Shown: piece by piece, positions 13,865 through 27,559 of the stretch
How positions within the stretch are numbered: position 1 is the stretch's first letter
How the letters are laid out: every line of letters starts with the position of its first letter
NCBI RefSeq assembly: GCF_009914755.1
Contig: NC_060932.1
Strand: one strand, 5' to 3'
DNA length: 64,000 nt
Source of the DNA: the human T2T-CHM13v2.0 reference genome, Homo sapiens
Position numbers and translations under genes: made by a program
Notes under the pieces: model-generated
The model's input: the letters and a program-made list of their open reading frames with translations, nothing else
The model's database searches: none
What the model was told of the DNA's origin: nothing

Positions 13865-14637
13865 TGTTACAGTAGGTATCTAGCCAGACATGAGCGGGAC
13901 AGGAGAGGGCTCCCCCCCATACCCACTAGGAATGTCAGGCAACCATCAGGTGATGGTTCAGCAGTTATCACAATGTCTCTCTAAAAATGAAAATTGGCAG
14001 CAAGTTCCAGGGAGAGGCAATTTCCTGATGGTTCACAGCTATCACACTAAAGTGATAATTGATCACAGGCGCCAGGGAGAGGCAATTTCCCAAGCAGATA
14101 AAAACACTTGAAATTGGTAATCAACTTCCAATAAAATCTCAGGAATTGTGCAAGTGAGCTCAAGCATGTGCATTAAGAGACAAAATGGTGGCGTATGACC
14201 TTTTGGGGCCATTCCACTAGAAAAGGGATGAAAGCCTCAGGCGGGCATTTGTACAACTTCCTAAACACACTGCATGTGCTCTCCTCCTAAGCACAAGGAG
14301 GGCACCATGCATGCAGGCAGCCCATCCTAAGGGAGCAATCATGGGAAAAGGGACTCAAGACCCCAGAATTATGCCAGCATATAAATCCCCAAGTCAAAAC
14401 GTCAAACGCCACACTTGTCCTTCAATTAGCCTGCTTTGGTCTCTTCCAAGTGTACTTTCCTTTCTTTCCTGATCTAAAGCTTTTTAATAAACTTCCACCC
14501 CTGTTCTGAAACTTGCCTTGTCTCTTTTTCTGCCTCATACCCCTCAGTTAAATTCTTTCTTCTGAGGAGACAAGAATTGAGGTTGCTGCAAACCCTCCAG
14601 TAATTCAGTAATTAGAATATTTATTGCACCCCAAACA
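13865..14637 (+). mobile_element. MER50-type ERV1 solo LTR
   Basis: TGTTACAGTAGGTATCTAGCCAGACATGAGC...aggaatgtcaggcaaccatcaggtgatgg; TATA-like atataaa at about 14379; AATAAA at about 14486; ends in ...CA. Confidence 0.85.
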
Positions 14638-15255
14638 ATGCTACTGGATTGAGTAAGAGCTTCCAGAACTCAAGGGTAGAAGCTGATAGCTTCATTAAAC
14701 ATCTAATCTAAAATTAAGCAGAATAAGAATTAATTACATGAGATTCAGTGGACTGACTGGTAAAGGATGATTACAGATTTTCTTTAGAATTTTGCTGGAT
14801 GTTTTATGTTCTATTTTTCAGATATAAGAACTCCCTTTCCCCTTTCTTTTAAGTTATCTATACTTGTGGCAATTTAGTAGATTATACTTTTGTTAACAGA
14901 AATAAAATACTTATATTTGTCCCCTGCCCTGATACCTCCAGAATTTAGAAACTATTATTGATTATTCTTATTTTCATGGCAACATAATTATTTGCTTAAG
15001 TTAAATAAGAATCTTTTTTCTTTACAACAGAACACAATTGCAAACATTGGTTACATTACCAAGGCTTTGACTGGAATGTCATATTTGAGCATGATGCATA
15101 GAATTATATATGAGCAGACGGTTTTAAGGAACCAAAGTTGACTTTATGGAGCCAATGCTTGCAAAGCTGTGTTGGAAAAACTGACCTATCACCTGACTTA
15201 CAGCGTTTCCAGGCTTATAGGCGAGTAAGGAATGTCACTTCCTGGCAAGCTCAAT

Positions 15256-16018
15256 GTGATACTGTGCAATATATTAACTCCTAAAATCCTTGGAATCTCC
15301 AAAGTGCTGTCTTTTTTGTATGCTAAGTGATGACATAGCTTCAGGGTGGGGCTAGACAATAGAAAGACAAAGGCGTGATTAGCTGATTGAGACACTCAGC
15401 CCCACCCCTCAACCTTCAGGGAGGGAAGAGGGGCTAGAGCCAGGTTGATCACCAGTGGCCAATGATTTAATCAGTCACGCTTTCATAATGAAGCTTTCAT
15501 AAACACCCAAAAACATAGGGTTCAGAGAGCTTCCAAATAGCTGAACACATAGAGATTCCTGGAGAATGGTACACCCAGGGAGGGCATGGAAGCTCCACAT
15601 CCTTTCCCACACCTCACCCTATGCATCTCTTTAATTGTATCTTTTGTAATATCCTTTATCATAAACCAGTAAATGTGTTTCCCTGAGTTCTCTGAGCCAC
15701 TCCAGCAAATTAATTGAACCCAAAGTGGGGGTTATGGGAACCCCAACTTAAAGCTGATTGGTCAGAAGTTCCAGAGGCCAAAACTTGTGACTGGTGTCTG
15801 AGGGGAGAGCAGTTTGGGGACTGAGCTCCCAATATGTGGGATCTGACACTATCTCTAGGTAGATAGTGTTGGAATTGGATTGGAGGACACCCAGTTGGTA
15901 TCTGCTGCAGAATTGATTGCTCATTTGGTCATGGTGTTCTTGGTCACAGAAGTCTTCTGTGTTGATGATTGCTGTGGTGTGAGAGCAGAAGAAAAGTGGT
16001 TTGGGATTTTCTTAAGAC
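15256..16018 (+). mobile_element. MER21-type LTR
   Basis: TGTGATACTGTG...aactcctaaaatccttggaatctcc...ggttgatcaccagtggccaatgatttaatc...gtgtttccctgagttctctgagccactccagcaaattaattgaaccc. Confidence 0.85.
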
Positions 16019-16082
16019 CCATGAAACGGGATATTATGAGAACCTCAAGAAGAGAGAAATTCCCCCAGATCTATAGATCCTT

Positions 16083-16310
16083 GTAGGATTTTCCAGAGAA
16101 ACAGAAACAATAGTGTGTATATATACATACGTATATATGTAATGGAAATTGCCTCACATGATTACGGAGGCTGAGAAGCCCCATCATCTGCTGTCTGCAA
16201 GCAGAAGATCCAGGAAAGCTACTGATGTAATTCAATTTGAGTCAGCCTGCCTGAAAGTCAAGGGGTGATATAAATCCTAGTCTGAGTCTGAATGCCCAAA
16301 AGTCAGGAGC
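16083..16310 (-). mobile_element. MLT2 (ERVL) LTR fragment
   Basis: ttccagagaaacagaaacaatag...ggaaattgcctcacatgattacggaggctgagaagcccc...ctgtctgcaagc. Confidence 0.8.
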
Positions 16311-16319
16311 TAACACACT

Positions 16320-16450
16320 TGTGAGTGTTTGAACAAGCTACTTAATCTCTGTGGACATTAGTTTAGTCATATATAAAATGAATATTGTAAGATTTTCTCT
16401 ACAAGAGTGGTGAGGGTAAAATTGGAATCTATTTAAAATTAGTTAAGAAG
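16320..16450 (+). mobile_element. MIR relic
   Basis: ttgaacaagctacttaatctctgtggacattagtttagtcatatataaaatg. Confidence 0.6.
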
Positions 16451-16929
16451 ACTTTACGTAAGTTATATTGTTTAATTATACATTTTTGTTTAGAGCAATG
16501 CTGGTTCTTTAATGTTTTATTTTCCAAATATATTCTATAGAAAAAGATGCTATATAAGTTTTAAATTTATAAGTAAAAGGAAAATGAGAAATAAAATTGC
16601 CAAAAATATTTCAGATCTAGAGAGCACCATGTTCTTCTCATAACAATCTTTATCTTTGGCTAGATGGTTGCTATCCTATACATAAAGGTTGGTCAGAATG
16701 CATCTGAAAACTAAGGCCAAAGACTCAATAATAGGAAGACAGATTATAATGAAGCCTATTGAAATGTATGAAAAATGGAATGAAAGAACAAGGTTAATTG
16801 TGAACACTAGAGGTAAGAATTGAAATCACTGGGAAAAAGTTTAAAGCAACATGTAAATCATATTGTTGGTTGCGATAGATTATTTTTCAGATCATAACAC
16901 TCTTATACTAGAGTATGGGAGTAATAGGT

Positions 16930-17375
16930 CACTCAAATTGGGCCCATTTTATCTTTCATCCCTGACCACAGTGGTTATTCTAGAAGTAAGCAAGTAACAA
17001 AGGCTGGATAAGAAGTTCCTTTTCTGAAGTTTTTCATACTGGGGTGCTTGGGGAAGGTGATTTCTAAATGTATTTTAGTCCTCTTTGGTCATAGAGCCTA
17101 TAGGATCTGAAGTTCTAAACTGCTGTCAGCCATTCATTTGCCGCTTTCCTATTCTACTTAGATTAGAATAGAGAGTATAAACTGATACTCAGAAAGGAGT
17201 GGATGTGAGAACTAGACAGAGCCAAGAAGCATTCAATTCCTTTAGTGTTAGCACCCTTACAGCCAATTCTACCATTTTTTCCTGCGATTTGTTTCTCTGA
17301 TCCAATCAATGTCCCATTTCTATTGAAGATAATGTGAGTAGTTTGCATATGTATTGGTTACCAAGAAACTCTGAA
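16930..17375 (+). mobile_element. Old MLT1 (J/K/L-like) LTR relic
   Basis: ccctgaccacagtggttattctagaagtaagcaagtaacaaaggctgg and an MLT1-like 3' end (ggttaccaagaaactctgaaaa). Highly diverged. Confidence 0.45.
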
Positions 17376-19147
17376 AATTATCATGAAAGATAATGTCGAG
17401 ACGTTTTTAGAGAATAATAAAATCATATTTTAAAATCTCAAAAAGAGGAAGGCGCTTAGAAATGAAAATTTGAGGGTTAGCTTAGAGAAGGTTCTTCTTT
17501 ATTTATTACTATGTCAGAGCAAAGACAGGTTTTAGTGTTACTGTATGTAGAAAACTGAAGAAAATAAGCAAAGACAGTTGTGCATTCTGGTTGTTGCCAA
17601 CAGGAGAAAATTTACTCTGCAGAAATAACATTTTTTTTTTTATTTCAAGAATTTAGAAATTTAAACTGCATAAAATTTAATACTTAACACAAAACGCCGG
17701 CTACCACCATGATTTTAAAAGAAAAAAAAAACCCTTAAGTTATGCACATACTTAAGATTGAAAAATGTCTTCTGAGTACATACAATGGATATTTTTTCAT
17801 GCTTATCATAATTCTATTCCCACTCATTTGAATGCAATTTACCATCATCATAACATTCCAAGGGGGAGCCTATAGAGATTGTGTTGTAATGTCAAATTGC
17901 TATATGAAAACAATTTTGATAAGCCCATGGACACCACATTATAATGACAAATTATAATGACAAAATGGTTTCATGTTTCCATGGAGACTAAATTACAATG
18001 TCAAATTGATGGCCAAATGAGGTCAATACAAATCTACACAGACCAGATTGTGATGTTAAAACAATGCAAAGCAATATCACCACCAGTCTGGGGAGGCTAT
18101 GCTATGATGTCAAGATGATGGGAAAGTAATATCTAGGATGATGTCAAAACAGTCACAGAAAAGATGTCAGTGGAAATATTGGCAGCATCCTTCATGATGA
18201 CAGTACAAGAGATCACTATTATGAATGCAGATTTCACCAATGGTAAGATAAAGCTAGTAAACCTAAGAAAATGGAAGTTTAAACATTTAAGTATTCTAAT
18301 TCTAAATATTATTTCATTTTAAGTTCTTAGTAGATAAGTTCTTAGTCACAGAAGTTAGGGTGAAAAAAACTAAGCCATGTTACTCAGTGGTGGAAGTTAT
18401 TTATTGAAGAATCTGTGTAGATGTAAATTACTTTCCTCATTTGCAATAGAACTGTGAAAGGACCCACAGGGAGACAGTCTGATTAATTCAGTACTCCCTA
18501 GAATGCTTCACAGGCAGACTTTTCTGTTGAAATGTCTTTGGGGCACGCTCTCCCCACTCCTTGGGTTGGTCGTCACACCTTTTAATTCTTTTTTCATAAA
18601 GATGTTAAAATATTTACAGTTACATTTTTGTATTTTATAAATTATAAACCAAGTAGTTTAACACTTCCTTAAACCTGCCTTTGTCAAGAATAGTATGAGG
18701 TGCAATCTTACGTTCACCAATACAGATTATTCCCATTTGTTCTTAAATAATAAATTATATTGATGCAATTTATCCTGAATAAGTGTGATAAATATTTTAA
18801 CCTAATGCTAATTCCAATCAGTTGAGACGTTACATGCAAATGAAATAGAATACATTTATTATGGTTTCTCAACCCAAATCATTTTTTTTCTGCTCTTGAT
18901 AATTCTGCCTTCTGGAAGAAACAAAAGAAACAACATGCTACTGAGTCATAAAAACATTTTGGTTACTTAAAAATAATCCTTTCATCAAATGAGGAAAAGA
19001 GAATTTTACTTTGGTAACCTCTTTTAGTTTATGTTATTTGTCCAAGCATGAGCCATTTCAAGTTTGTGGATTTAGACTCTCAGTTCTTTAGGTTTTAGCT
19101 TCTCTTTCTTTTATTTTGTTTTCTGTTCCTTTTTAAGGAAAATGTGG

Positions 19148-19834
19148 TGTTGACTGAAGAATGACGAGCTTCATAAATTTGGAAAGGAGACCTTTACTTC
19201 TCATAAAGTGTTGCAGCCTTCGGGGTGGACATTCTGACAGGCTGGGAAGTGTAGCTTCCGGTCAGAAGCCAGAAACAGGCACTTAGAAGGTGAAAAGAAT
19301 AAGGGATATGTGTGCTAAAGTGGGTGGCCAGATGTACATACTCAATTAGGTATAGGAGGAGTCGTGAATATTTTGAAAGGAGAAATGTGTGCATGCAAAT
19401 TGAGCTTTATGTCTCTCCATGGCATCCATGTTAAAAAAAATGTCACTGTTAGCATGATCCAAGGCTACACAGAGAAGAGTTTTCATGTCCTCTGTGCACC
19501 CTTCATAGACTGAGCAGACCACTCTGTGATCAGTGTTCTTTTATCAAGAAGGAATGCTGGTTGGTTGTTTTGTTAAAAATGCAGAAGGGCAAGCAGTGTC
19601 AGAGTTGGTTGATATTAAGTGTGAAGTGAGTCTTTCCAAAGGATTTGTTTCTGTTTAAACCTTAGGAAAGAAAGCCTAATGGTGATTAGTGAGGGAGGGA
19701 TTGAAGTTGTATCCAACCTCCCATCCTATCATGGCCAGGAATTCAGTCTTCAAGGTTTTTTTTTAGGGTGTCCTTGGCCAAGAGAGGGTCCGTTTAGTCA
19801 GTTCGGGGACTTAGGATTTCATGTTTATTTCTCT
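19148..19834 (-). mobile_element. ERV1 solo LTR (MER39-like)
   Basis: tgttgactgaagaatgacgagcttcataaatttggaaaggagac...ccttggccaagagagggtccgtttagtcagttcggggacttaggatttc. Confidence 0.75.
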
Positions 19835-19854
19835 GTGAATAAAATATTATAAGG

Positions 19855-20195
19855 GGAACAGGCACGGTGGCTCAAACCTGTAATCCCAGTACTTTGGGAG
19901 ACTGAGTCTGGCTTGAGCTCTGAGATTGCTTGAGCTCAGGAGACCAGCCTGGGAAACATAGTGAGATCTCATCTCTACTAAAAATTTTTTTTAAAAAAAG
20001 GAAGTTATTCAGGGTTGGTGGCACATGCCTGTAGTCCTAGCTACTCAGGAGGCTGAGGAAAGAGGGTTGCTTGAGCCTAGGAGATCAAGGCTGAAGTGAG
20101 CTATGATCATGCCACTGCATTCCAGCCCAGGCAACAGAATGAAACCCTGTCTCCAAAAAAAAGAGAAAAGAAAAAAGATAGAAAAAAAGAAAAGA
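19855..20195 (+). mobile_element. AluJ SINE
   Basis: Two arms, J-type diagnostics (ttgcttgagc, gagctatgatcatgccactgc), A/G-rich tail. Confidence 0.95.
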
Positions 20196-20422
20196 AAATA
20201 TATAAGGAAAGAGTTCCTTGAGAATCCTTGTTCAAATACCTAATGTGGTTTAAGACCCACTCAAGGTGGAACACGCAGAACTTACTTCAAGAAATAGCAC
20301 ATAATTTTCATTCTTGAGGATATGCAGAGTCAAGGACAAAATATGCCTACATTAGTATATTTATCCAACTGAAGCCAGTTCAAATTAAACACATAAAGAG
20401 GAAACTTAAGAAGAAAGAGGAA

Positions 20423-20921
<499 letters not shown>

Positions 20922-21179
20922 CTAAAAATAGCATATTTTACATAGAAGTGTTGAGAGAGAAGAATACATATTGATGGCCAAGCTCAAATCCTTGCAGATA
21001 CATAATTTAGGCTACAAATGCTGATAAGAAAACTTTTGCAAAGGATACCCTGGATCAGTATGTCTCAGCTAGACAGGAGCTCATAAATGACTCTGCTGTC
21101 TTTCTGTCTCTCTAGATTGAAAAAAAAATTCTGTTCAGCAGGTAACTTAAAAGAGCTACATGCAAGGATAACATGCCAC

Positions 21180-21522
21180 TCTCCTTTTACTGAAAGCTGT
21201 AGGGGAGAATCTATTTGTCTCTTATAGCTCTTATTGGCTGTTGGCAATCCTTGACTCTATCAGCATCCCTTCTATCGGCCTCCATGGTCCCATCCCCTCT
21301 TCCTCTTCTGTCTGTGTTCTTCTCTTCTGTCTCTTATGAGGACACTTTCCACTGGATTTAGTGATCACCCAGATGATCCAAGATAATCTCTACAGCTCAA
21401 GACCCCTAACTTAATTACATTTGCAAAATAATTCTTTTTCCAAATATGGTATCATTCACCAGTTCTGGGGATCATGATATAGGCATATCTTTGTGGGGGA
21501 GGAGGACCATTAAATGCACTTC
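21180..21522 (-). mobile_element. MLT1B/C-type MaLR LTR
   Basis: gaaagctgtaggggagaatc...tcttatgaggacact...ggatttag...taacttaattacatttgcaaa...tttccaaatatggt. Confidence 0.8.
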
Positions 21523-21795
21523 TAATGCTCAATATAGTTAAGGCTTCCAGGCTCCCTTCAACTTTCAATCATATCTCTCAGCTTTCTTAGAAGTATCTGA
21601 CAAGTATTCATATATTAGCCCACGATGTCTTATCATTTTCCTGATCTTGGTCTCTTCTGGCCACATTTAGTGAGGTCTTGTGCCAATATCTCTGATGTCT
21701 ATGAAACCTTCTGAGGTAACTTCATCAAAGAGGATTCTATAGATCTATGCTGGCCCTTCCAAGGGCGTCATTTCATGAAACACTATCAGCTTTAG

Positions 21796-21982
21796 CTTGT
21801 TTTTGTTTTGTTTTGTTTTGTTTTGTTTTGAGACAGTGTTTCGCTCTGTTGCCGTCACCGAGGCTGGAGTTCAGTGGTGCCCTCTTGGCTCACTGCAACC
21901 CCTGCCTCCCAAGTTCAAGTGATTCCCCTAACTCAGCCTCCTGAGTAGCTGGAATTACATGCGAGAGCCACCGCACCTGGCC
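21796..21982 (-). mobile_element. Monomeric Alu (left-arm start fused to an AluS-type right arm) with (AAAAC)n tail
   Basis: One arm only. TSD CAGCTTTAG at 21787-21795 and 21983-21991. Confidence 0.9.
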
Positions 21983-22199
21983 CAGCTTTAGTTTTTGATA
22001 TTGCTGCCCTTTCAAGTACTTCAACTGCCTTGGCCATCACTGCATCTACCAGATGCTGCCTCGAGGCTCTGCCAACGTTCATTCATTGCTAGAAGACTTT
22101 GAAGTTTTAGAGGAGCAAGGCTTCATTTTGTGTAGCCCTCTATGCATTTGTGCCACACTTTAACAATGGTCAATTCGTGGTAATATTGTTTCAAACCAT

Positions 22200-23146
22200 T
22201 TCATCATTCCACCAATAGATTAGTTGAAGTAAAATCACTGATATTATAGAAATGTTATCCATAATGTATCACTTCTCTTAATTTGAACATCTTTCAATAA
22301 TGTTTTTATATCAAATATTCAGTCCATATTCAAATATTCCTCATTTCCTTTTAATTATTTTTAGGTGGTTTATTGAATCAGAATCCAAATAAATTCTACC
22401 CATTGCAACTAGTCAATAATCTCTTAAATATCTTTTAGTTTATTCTCTCTCCTTCTCTGTCTCTCTTTATCCCTCCCTTCCCACCCCTTAGTTTTTGGCA
22501 ACAACACATCGCACTTCCCAGGTGGAATGTCCAGCAGCCTTAAATGATTAATCAGTCAGTAGGTCAGTGGGTTCAGTTGCTGGCCTAATCTATCTACTAT
22601 AAAGCCCTTCTTTAGCTTTTTACGTAACGGTTTTAGCATCTCTTGACAGTCATGACCCAGATTCAATATTTTATTAGGGGTAACAAATTGATGATATTCT
22701 AATTCCATCACTTGGTCTTTATTAGCTGAAATATTCCTAAGACAGAAATTTCCTCTCATCAACTATTTGGTTACCCAAAGGTATTAGTCATACATATGAG
22801 TATGGAGATGTAGGATGCCTACAAGATTCTGTCCCCTCACCACATTTCAGAATAGCTGTTTCCTTAAGAACACCCCAAACATAAAACAAAGTGTACTTGT
22901 GTTTTTAATAACATTGTGAACTTATAGATTAAAATGTTTTGATATATTTCAATCTATCTTAGCTACTATGTACTCTAATATCCTGAAAAACATACCATAA
23001 CAGTGTATAAAGATATTCCTCATTCTTTTTTAAGCCTGCATAGCACTCTTTTCCATTGGAGATATACCATAGTTTATTTATACAACCTTCTACTGATGGA
23101 CCTTTGAGTTATTTCCAGTCTTTAGCTAATATAGATTTAATAAATG
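22200..23146 (-). mobile_element. Old L1MC-type 3' region
   Basis: aaatattcagtccatattcaaat...ttgaatcagaatccaaataa; cctcattctttttt...actgatggacctttgagttatttccagtc. Confidence 0.6.
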
Positions 23147-23667
23147 CACTAATACTTTTTCTAGCCTTTTAAAAAATTGATACATAATATTTGGATATAC
23201 TTATGGGGTACTTGTGATATTTTCTTACATATACAGAATGTATAATGATTAAGTCAGGGTTTTTAGGGTATCCATCACCTTGAGTAATTATCTTTTCTAT
23301 GTGTTGGGCACATTTCAAGTCTTCTTTTTTAGATATTTTGAAATACATAATACATATTGTTAACTATAGTCACCCTTCTCTGCTGTCAAATATAACTTAT
23401 TCCTTCCATCTAACTGTATGTTCGTACCTATCAACCAACCCCTTTTCACCACCACCTCCACTCACATATCCTTGCCACCCTCTGGTATCTTTCATTAGAC
23501 TCTACCTGCATGAGATCAAATTTTTAAGCTCTCACATAAAAGGCAGAACATGCTGCATCTGTCTTTCTGTGCCTAGCTTATTTCACTTAACATAATAACC
23601 TCCAATTCCACCCATGTTGCTGCAGATGACATTATTTCATTCTTTTTATGGCAGAATAGTATTCTGT

Positions 23668-23712
<45 letters not shown>
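23668..23712. repeat. (TG)n(TA)n microsatellite inside L1MA
   Basis: tgtgtg...tgtatatatatatata. Confidence 0.95.
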
Positions 23713-23713
<1 letters not shown>

Positions 23714-25362
23714 ATTTTCTTTATCCATTTGTCCACTGATGGACACTTAGGTTGATTCCATAATTTTGCCATTGTGAATAGTGCTGCAATAAACATGGTA
23801 GTGCAGGTGTCCCTTTGACATACTGATTTTCTTTTCTTTGGATAAATACTCCGTAGTAGGATCGTTGGATTGTATGGTAGTTCTAGTTTTAGTTAACAGC
23901 TGATTTTCCATACTGTTTTCCATAGTGGTTGTACTAATTGACATCCCCACTAATAGTGTATAAGAGTTCCTTTTGCTCTGTATCTTCATCAATGTGTTTT
24001 TTTGTTGTTGTTGTTGTTTTGTTTTGTTTTTGTTTTGTCTTTTAAATAGTAGCTGTTCTAACTAGGGTAAGATGATATCTCATTATGAGTGTAATTTGCA
24101 TTTCTCTGATAATTAGTGATGTTGAACATATTTTTCATATCATATACGTGTTGATGATTTATATGTTTTCTTTTGAGGAATGTCTATTCATGTCCTTTGC
24201 CCACTTTTTAATGGAATTATCGTTTGTTTGTTTTTGCTGTTGAATTGTTTGTGTTTCTAATATTCTGAATATTAGTCCCTTTTTAGAAGAATAGTTGGCA
24301 AATATTTTCTTCCATTCAACTGGTTGTTCCTCCACTCATTTAATTATTTCCTTTGCCATGTAGAAGCTTTTTAGTTTAATATAGTCTTATTTGCCTACCT
24401 TTGTTTTTGTTGCCTGTGCTTTTGCAGTCTTAGCCATAAAATCCTTGTCTAGACCAATGTCCTAAATTCATGTATGAATAGTATTTATGTGTTTTCTTCT
24501 AGTAGTTTTATAGTTTCAGGCTTTATACTTAAGCTTTAAATTCTTCTTGAGTTGATTTTTGTATATGGTGAGAGATAGGGGTCTAGTCTCATTCTGCTGG
24601 ACATGGATATCCAATTTTCCCAGCAGCATTTATTAAAGAGTGTCCTTTCCCCAGTGTTTTTTCTTGGCACCTTTGTAAAAAATTAGCTGGCTATAAATAC
24701 ATGGATTTATTTCTTGGTTCTCTATTTCTGTTCTAATGATCTATGTGTCTGTTTTTATAACAATACCATGCTGTTTTGATTACTACAGCCTTGTAATATA
24801 TTTTGAAGTTAGGTAGTGTGATGTCTGCAGGTTTATTTATTTTGCTCCTGATTGCTTTGGCTATTTGGGCTCTTTTGGTTCTATATAAATTTTAAGATTG
24901 TTTTTTCTAAGTGTGTAAAAAATGAATTGGTATGTTTATAGGAATTGCATTGAATCCATAGATTGCTCTAGGTAGTATGGTCATTTCTATAATATTAATT
25001 CTTCTGATCCATGAACATGGGATGTCTTTTCATTTGTTTGTGTCCTCTTCAGTTTCTTTCATCAGTGTTTTGTAGTTTCCCTCATAGGTATCTTTTACCT
25101 TCTTGTTTAAATTTAATCCTACATATTTTTCTTCTTGTATGTACTGTAAATGGATTGCTTTCTTGATTTCTTTTTGGCTACTTCATTATTAGTGTATAGA
25201 AATGCTATTAATTTTTGTATGTTGATGTTAGATTCTGCAACTTTACTGAATTTATTTATCAAATATGAGTTTATTGGTGGAATCTTTATGTAATTACAAA
25301 TATAAAATCATGTCCTCTGCAAAAAGAGATAATTTTACTCTAATTTTTTCTGATTTAGATGC

Positions 25363-25785
25363 TGATATAGATTTAATATTTGTCCCTGCCCAAATCGCAT
25401 GCTAAATTGTAATCTCTGATGCTGGATATGGGGCCTGGGGGGAGGTGTTTGGGTCATGGGGGCAGATTCCTCATGGTTTGGTGCTCTCTCCACAATAGTG
25501 AATAAGTCCTCATGAGATCTGATTATTTAAAAGTGTGTGTCACTTCCCTTTGCCTCTCTCTCTCTCTCTCTCTCTCTCTTGCTTTTGCCGTGTGATATGC
25601 CTGCTTCCGCTTTACCTTTTGTCATGATTGTAAGCTTCTCAAGGCCTCCTTAGAAGCTGAGCAGATGCTATTACCATGCTTCCTGCAAAGTTGGCAGAAC
25701 CATCAGCCAATTAAACCCATTTTGTTTAAATAAATTACCCAGTTTCATGTGTTTTGTTATAGCAATGTAAGAAAAGTCTAATATA
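25363..25785 (+). mobile_element. MSTA/MSTB MaLR solo LTR
   Basis: TGATATAG...tgtccctgcccaaatcgcatg...gggaggtgtttgggtcatgggggcagat...ttgttatagcaatgtaagaaaagtctaatata; 5-bp TSD GATGC/GACGC. Confidence 0.92.
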
Positions 25786-27559
25786 GACGCCTTTTATTTC
25801 TTTCTCTTGCCTGATAACTCTGGCTAGGACTTCCAGTACTATGTTGAATAGGAGTGGTGAAAGTGGGTATCCTTGTCTTGTCCCAGTTCATAGAGGAAAG
25901 GCTTTCAGCATTCAGTAGGATGTTAACTGTTGGTTTGTCATATACAACCTTTATTAAATTGAAGTATGCTCCTTCTATTCCTAATTTGTTGAGCGTTTTT
26001 ATCCTGAAGAAATGCTGAATTTTATCAATGCTTTATCTTCATCTATTGAGATGATCATGTTGTTTTTGTCCTTTATACTGTTGATGTGAGGTATTGCATT
26101 TATTGATTTGCATATGTTGAACCAGCTTGCATCCCTGAGAAAAATCCCACTTGGCCATAATGCATTATTATTATTTTTTGATATGTTGTTAGGTTTGGTT
26201 TGATAGTATTTTATTGAGGATTTTTTGCATCTATGTTCATCAGGGATATTGGCCTGTAGTTTTTGGCATTTTTTGTTTGTTTATTATTATTTAGTTATCT
26301 TTTCTTGTTATTTCTTTGTTTGGTTTTAGTAACTCATTCTACAAAGCCAGCTCTGTAGAATGAGTTACAGAGAATTCTCTCATCTTTAATTTTTTGTAAT
26401 AGTTTGAAGATAATTGGTGTTAGTTCTTCTTTGTAAGTTTGATATAATTTGCATAATTCTTCAGTAAGCCCATTCAGTCCTGGATTTTCTTTGTTAGGAG
26501 ACTATTACTGATTCTATCTCATGACTTGCTATTACTCTGTTCAGGTCCTCTATTTCTTACTGATTCAATTTTGTCAGGGTGTGTGTGCTCAGGAATTTTT
26601 CTCTTTTCTGTAGGTTTTCTATCACTAATACATTTTAAAAACTAAATTATTTACTTCCTTAGGATAATTTATCTTCCAAGCAGACATTTGATTCTTCATT
26701 TGAATATATATTTTTATGTAACCTGGCTCTTCTATTACAATTACAGTGTATTTTAAAATTTCCAATTATATAATACTTAAAAAATATAATTATAGGACAT
26801 AGAATTTTCTAAAGAAAAAGCTATGCCTAAGACCCACTGAAGCTTATCGCAAAGTTGATTCATTTGACAACAAAGTATTTTGGATGAATGAAGTACTGAG
26901 GAATTCAACTGGAAATAAATCAGCTCCCCTTAATATACGGTTTTAAAATAATTTATATCTTTGTGGAAATCAGCATGGGAAAAAGTTGTTTGATAAGTTA
27001 GTTGTAGTCAAAAAAATATATAATTTTAATGGTAGAATGTCATTACTCCATATTTTTGCATTTTGCAAAACTATATTTTATTTACCATTGAAATCAGGAA
27101 CATATATTTTGAAATTAGATTAAAGCCAAAATCATGGTTAGCTGTTCATTCTTATGATATTGTGGCTACTTGAATGTTAAGGGAACAATTTCAAATTATA
27201 AATTTCATTTTAATATAAATTTTACATCCTAGCTTCTTCATGATATTCTTAGTGTTGAACAGAATTACTATTTTTTTTTCTTTTAATAATGACCTACTTG
27301 TGATATATTTTGAGTTTTGGCTAATTCCTTTTCCTAAATTTACTTCTCTTAAACATAAAACTAAATTGCTCTTCTTATGAAATCCTGATTCACAAATATC
27401 CTATAAAAACTTAATAATTTTAGGAGGCTTCTTTCATAGAGCATACTAAGAAGACTAATATACAAATGAAAATACAAGAGAAACATTACTCATGAAAAAA
27501 AATCTATGTTCATTGAATTTTAAATTTTTTTTTCAGATTTTTCTTTTTCTTTTTTTTTT

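Larger units (their letters stand above)
23156..26622 (-). mobile_element. L1MA-type LINE, 5'-truncated (3' UTR plus partial ORF2), interrupted by an MST LTR
   Basis: L1MA 3' end (tgatacataatatttggatatacttatggggtac...) followed by continuous antisense ORF2 similarity. TSD CACTAATAC at 23147-23155 and 26623-26631. Confidence 0.92.
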
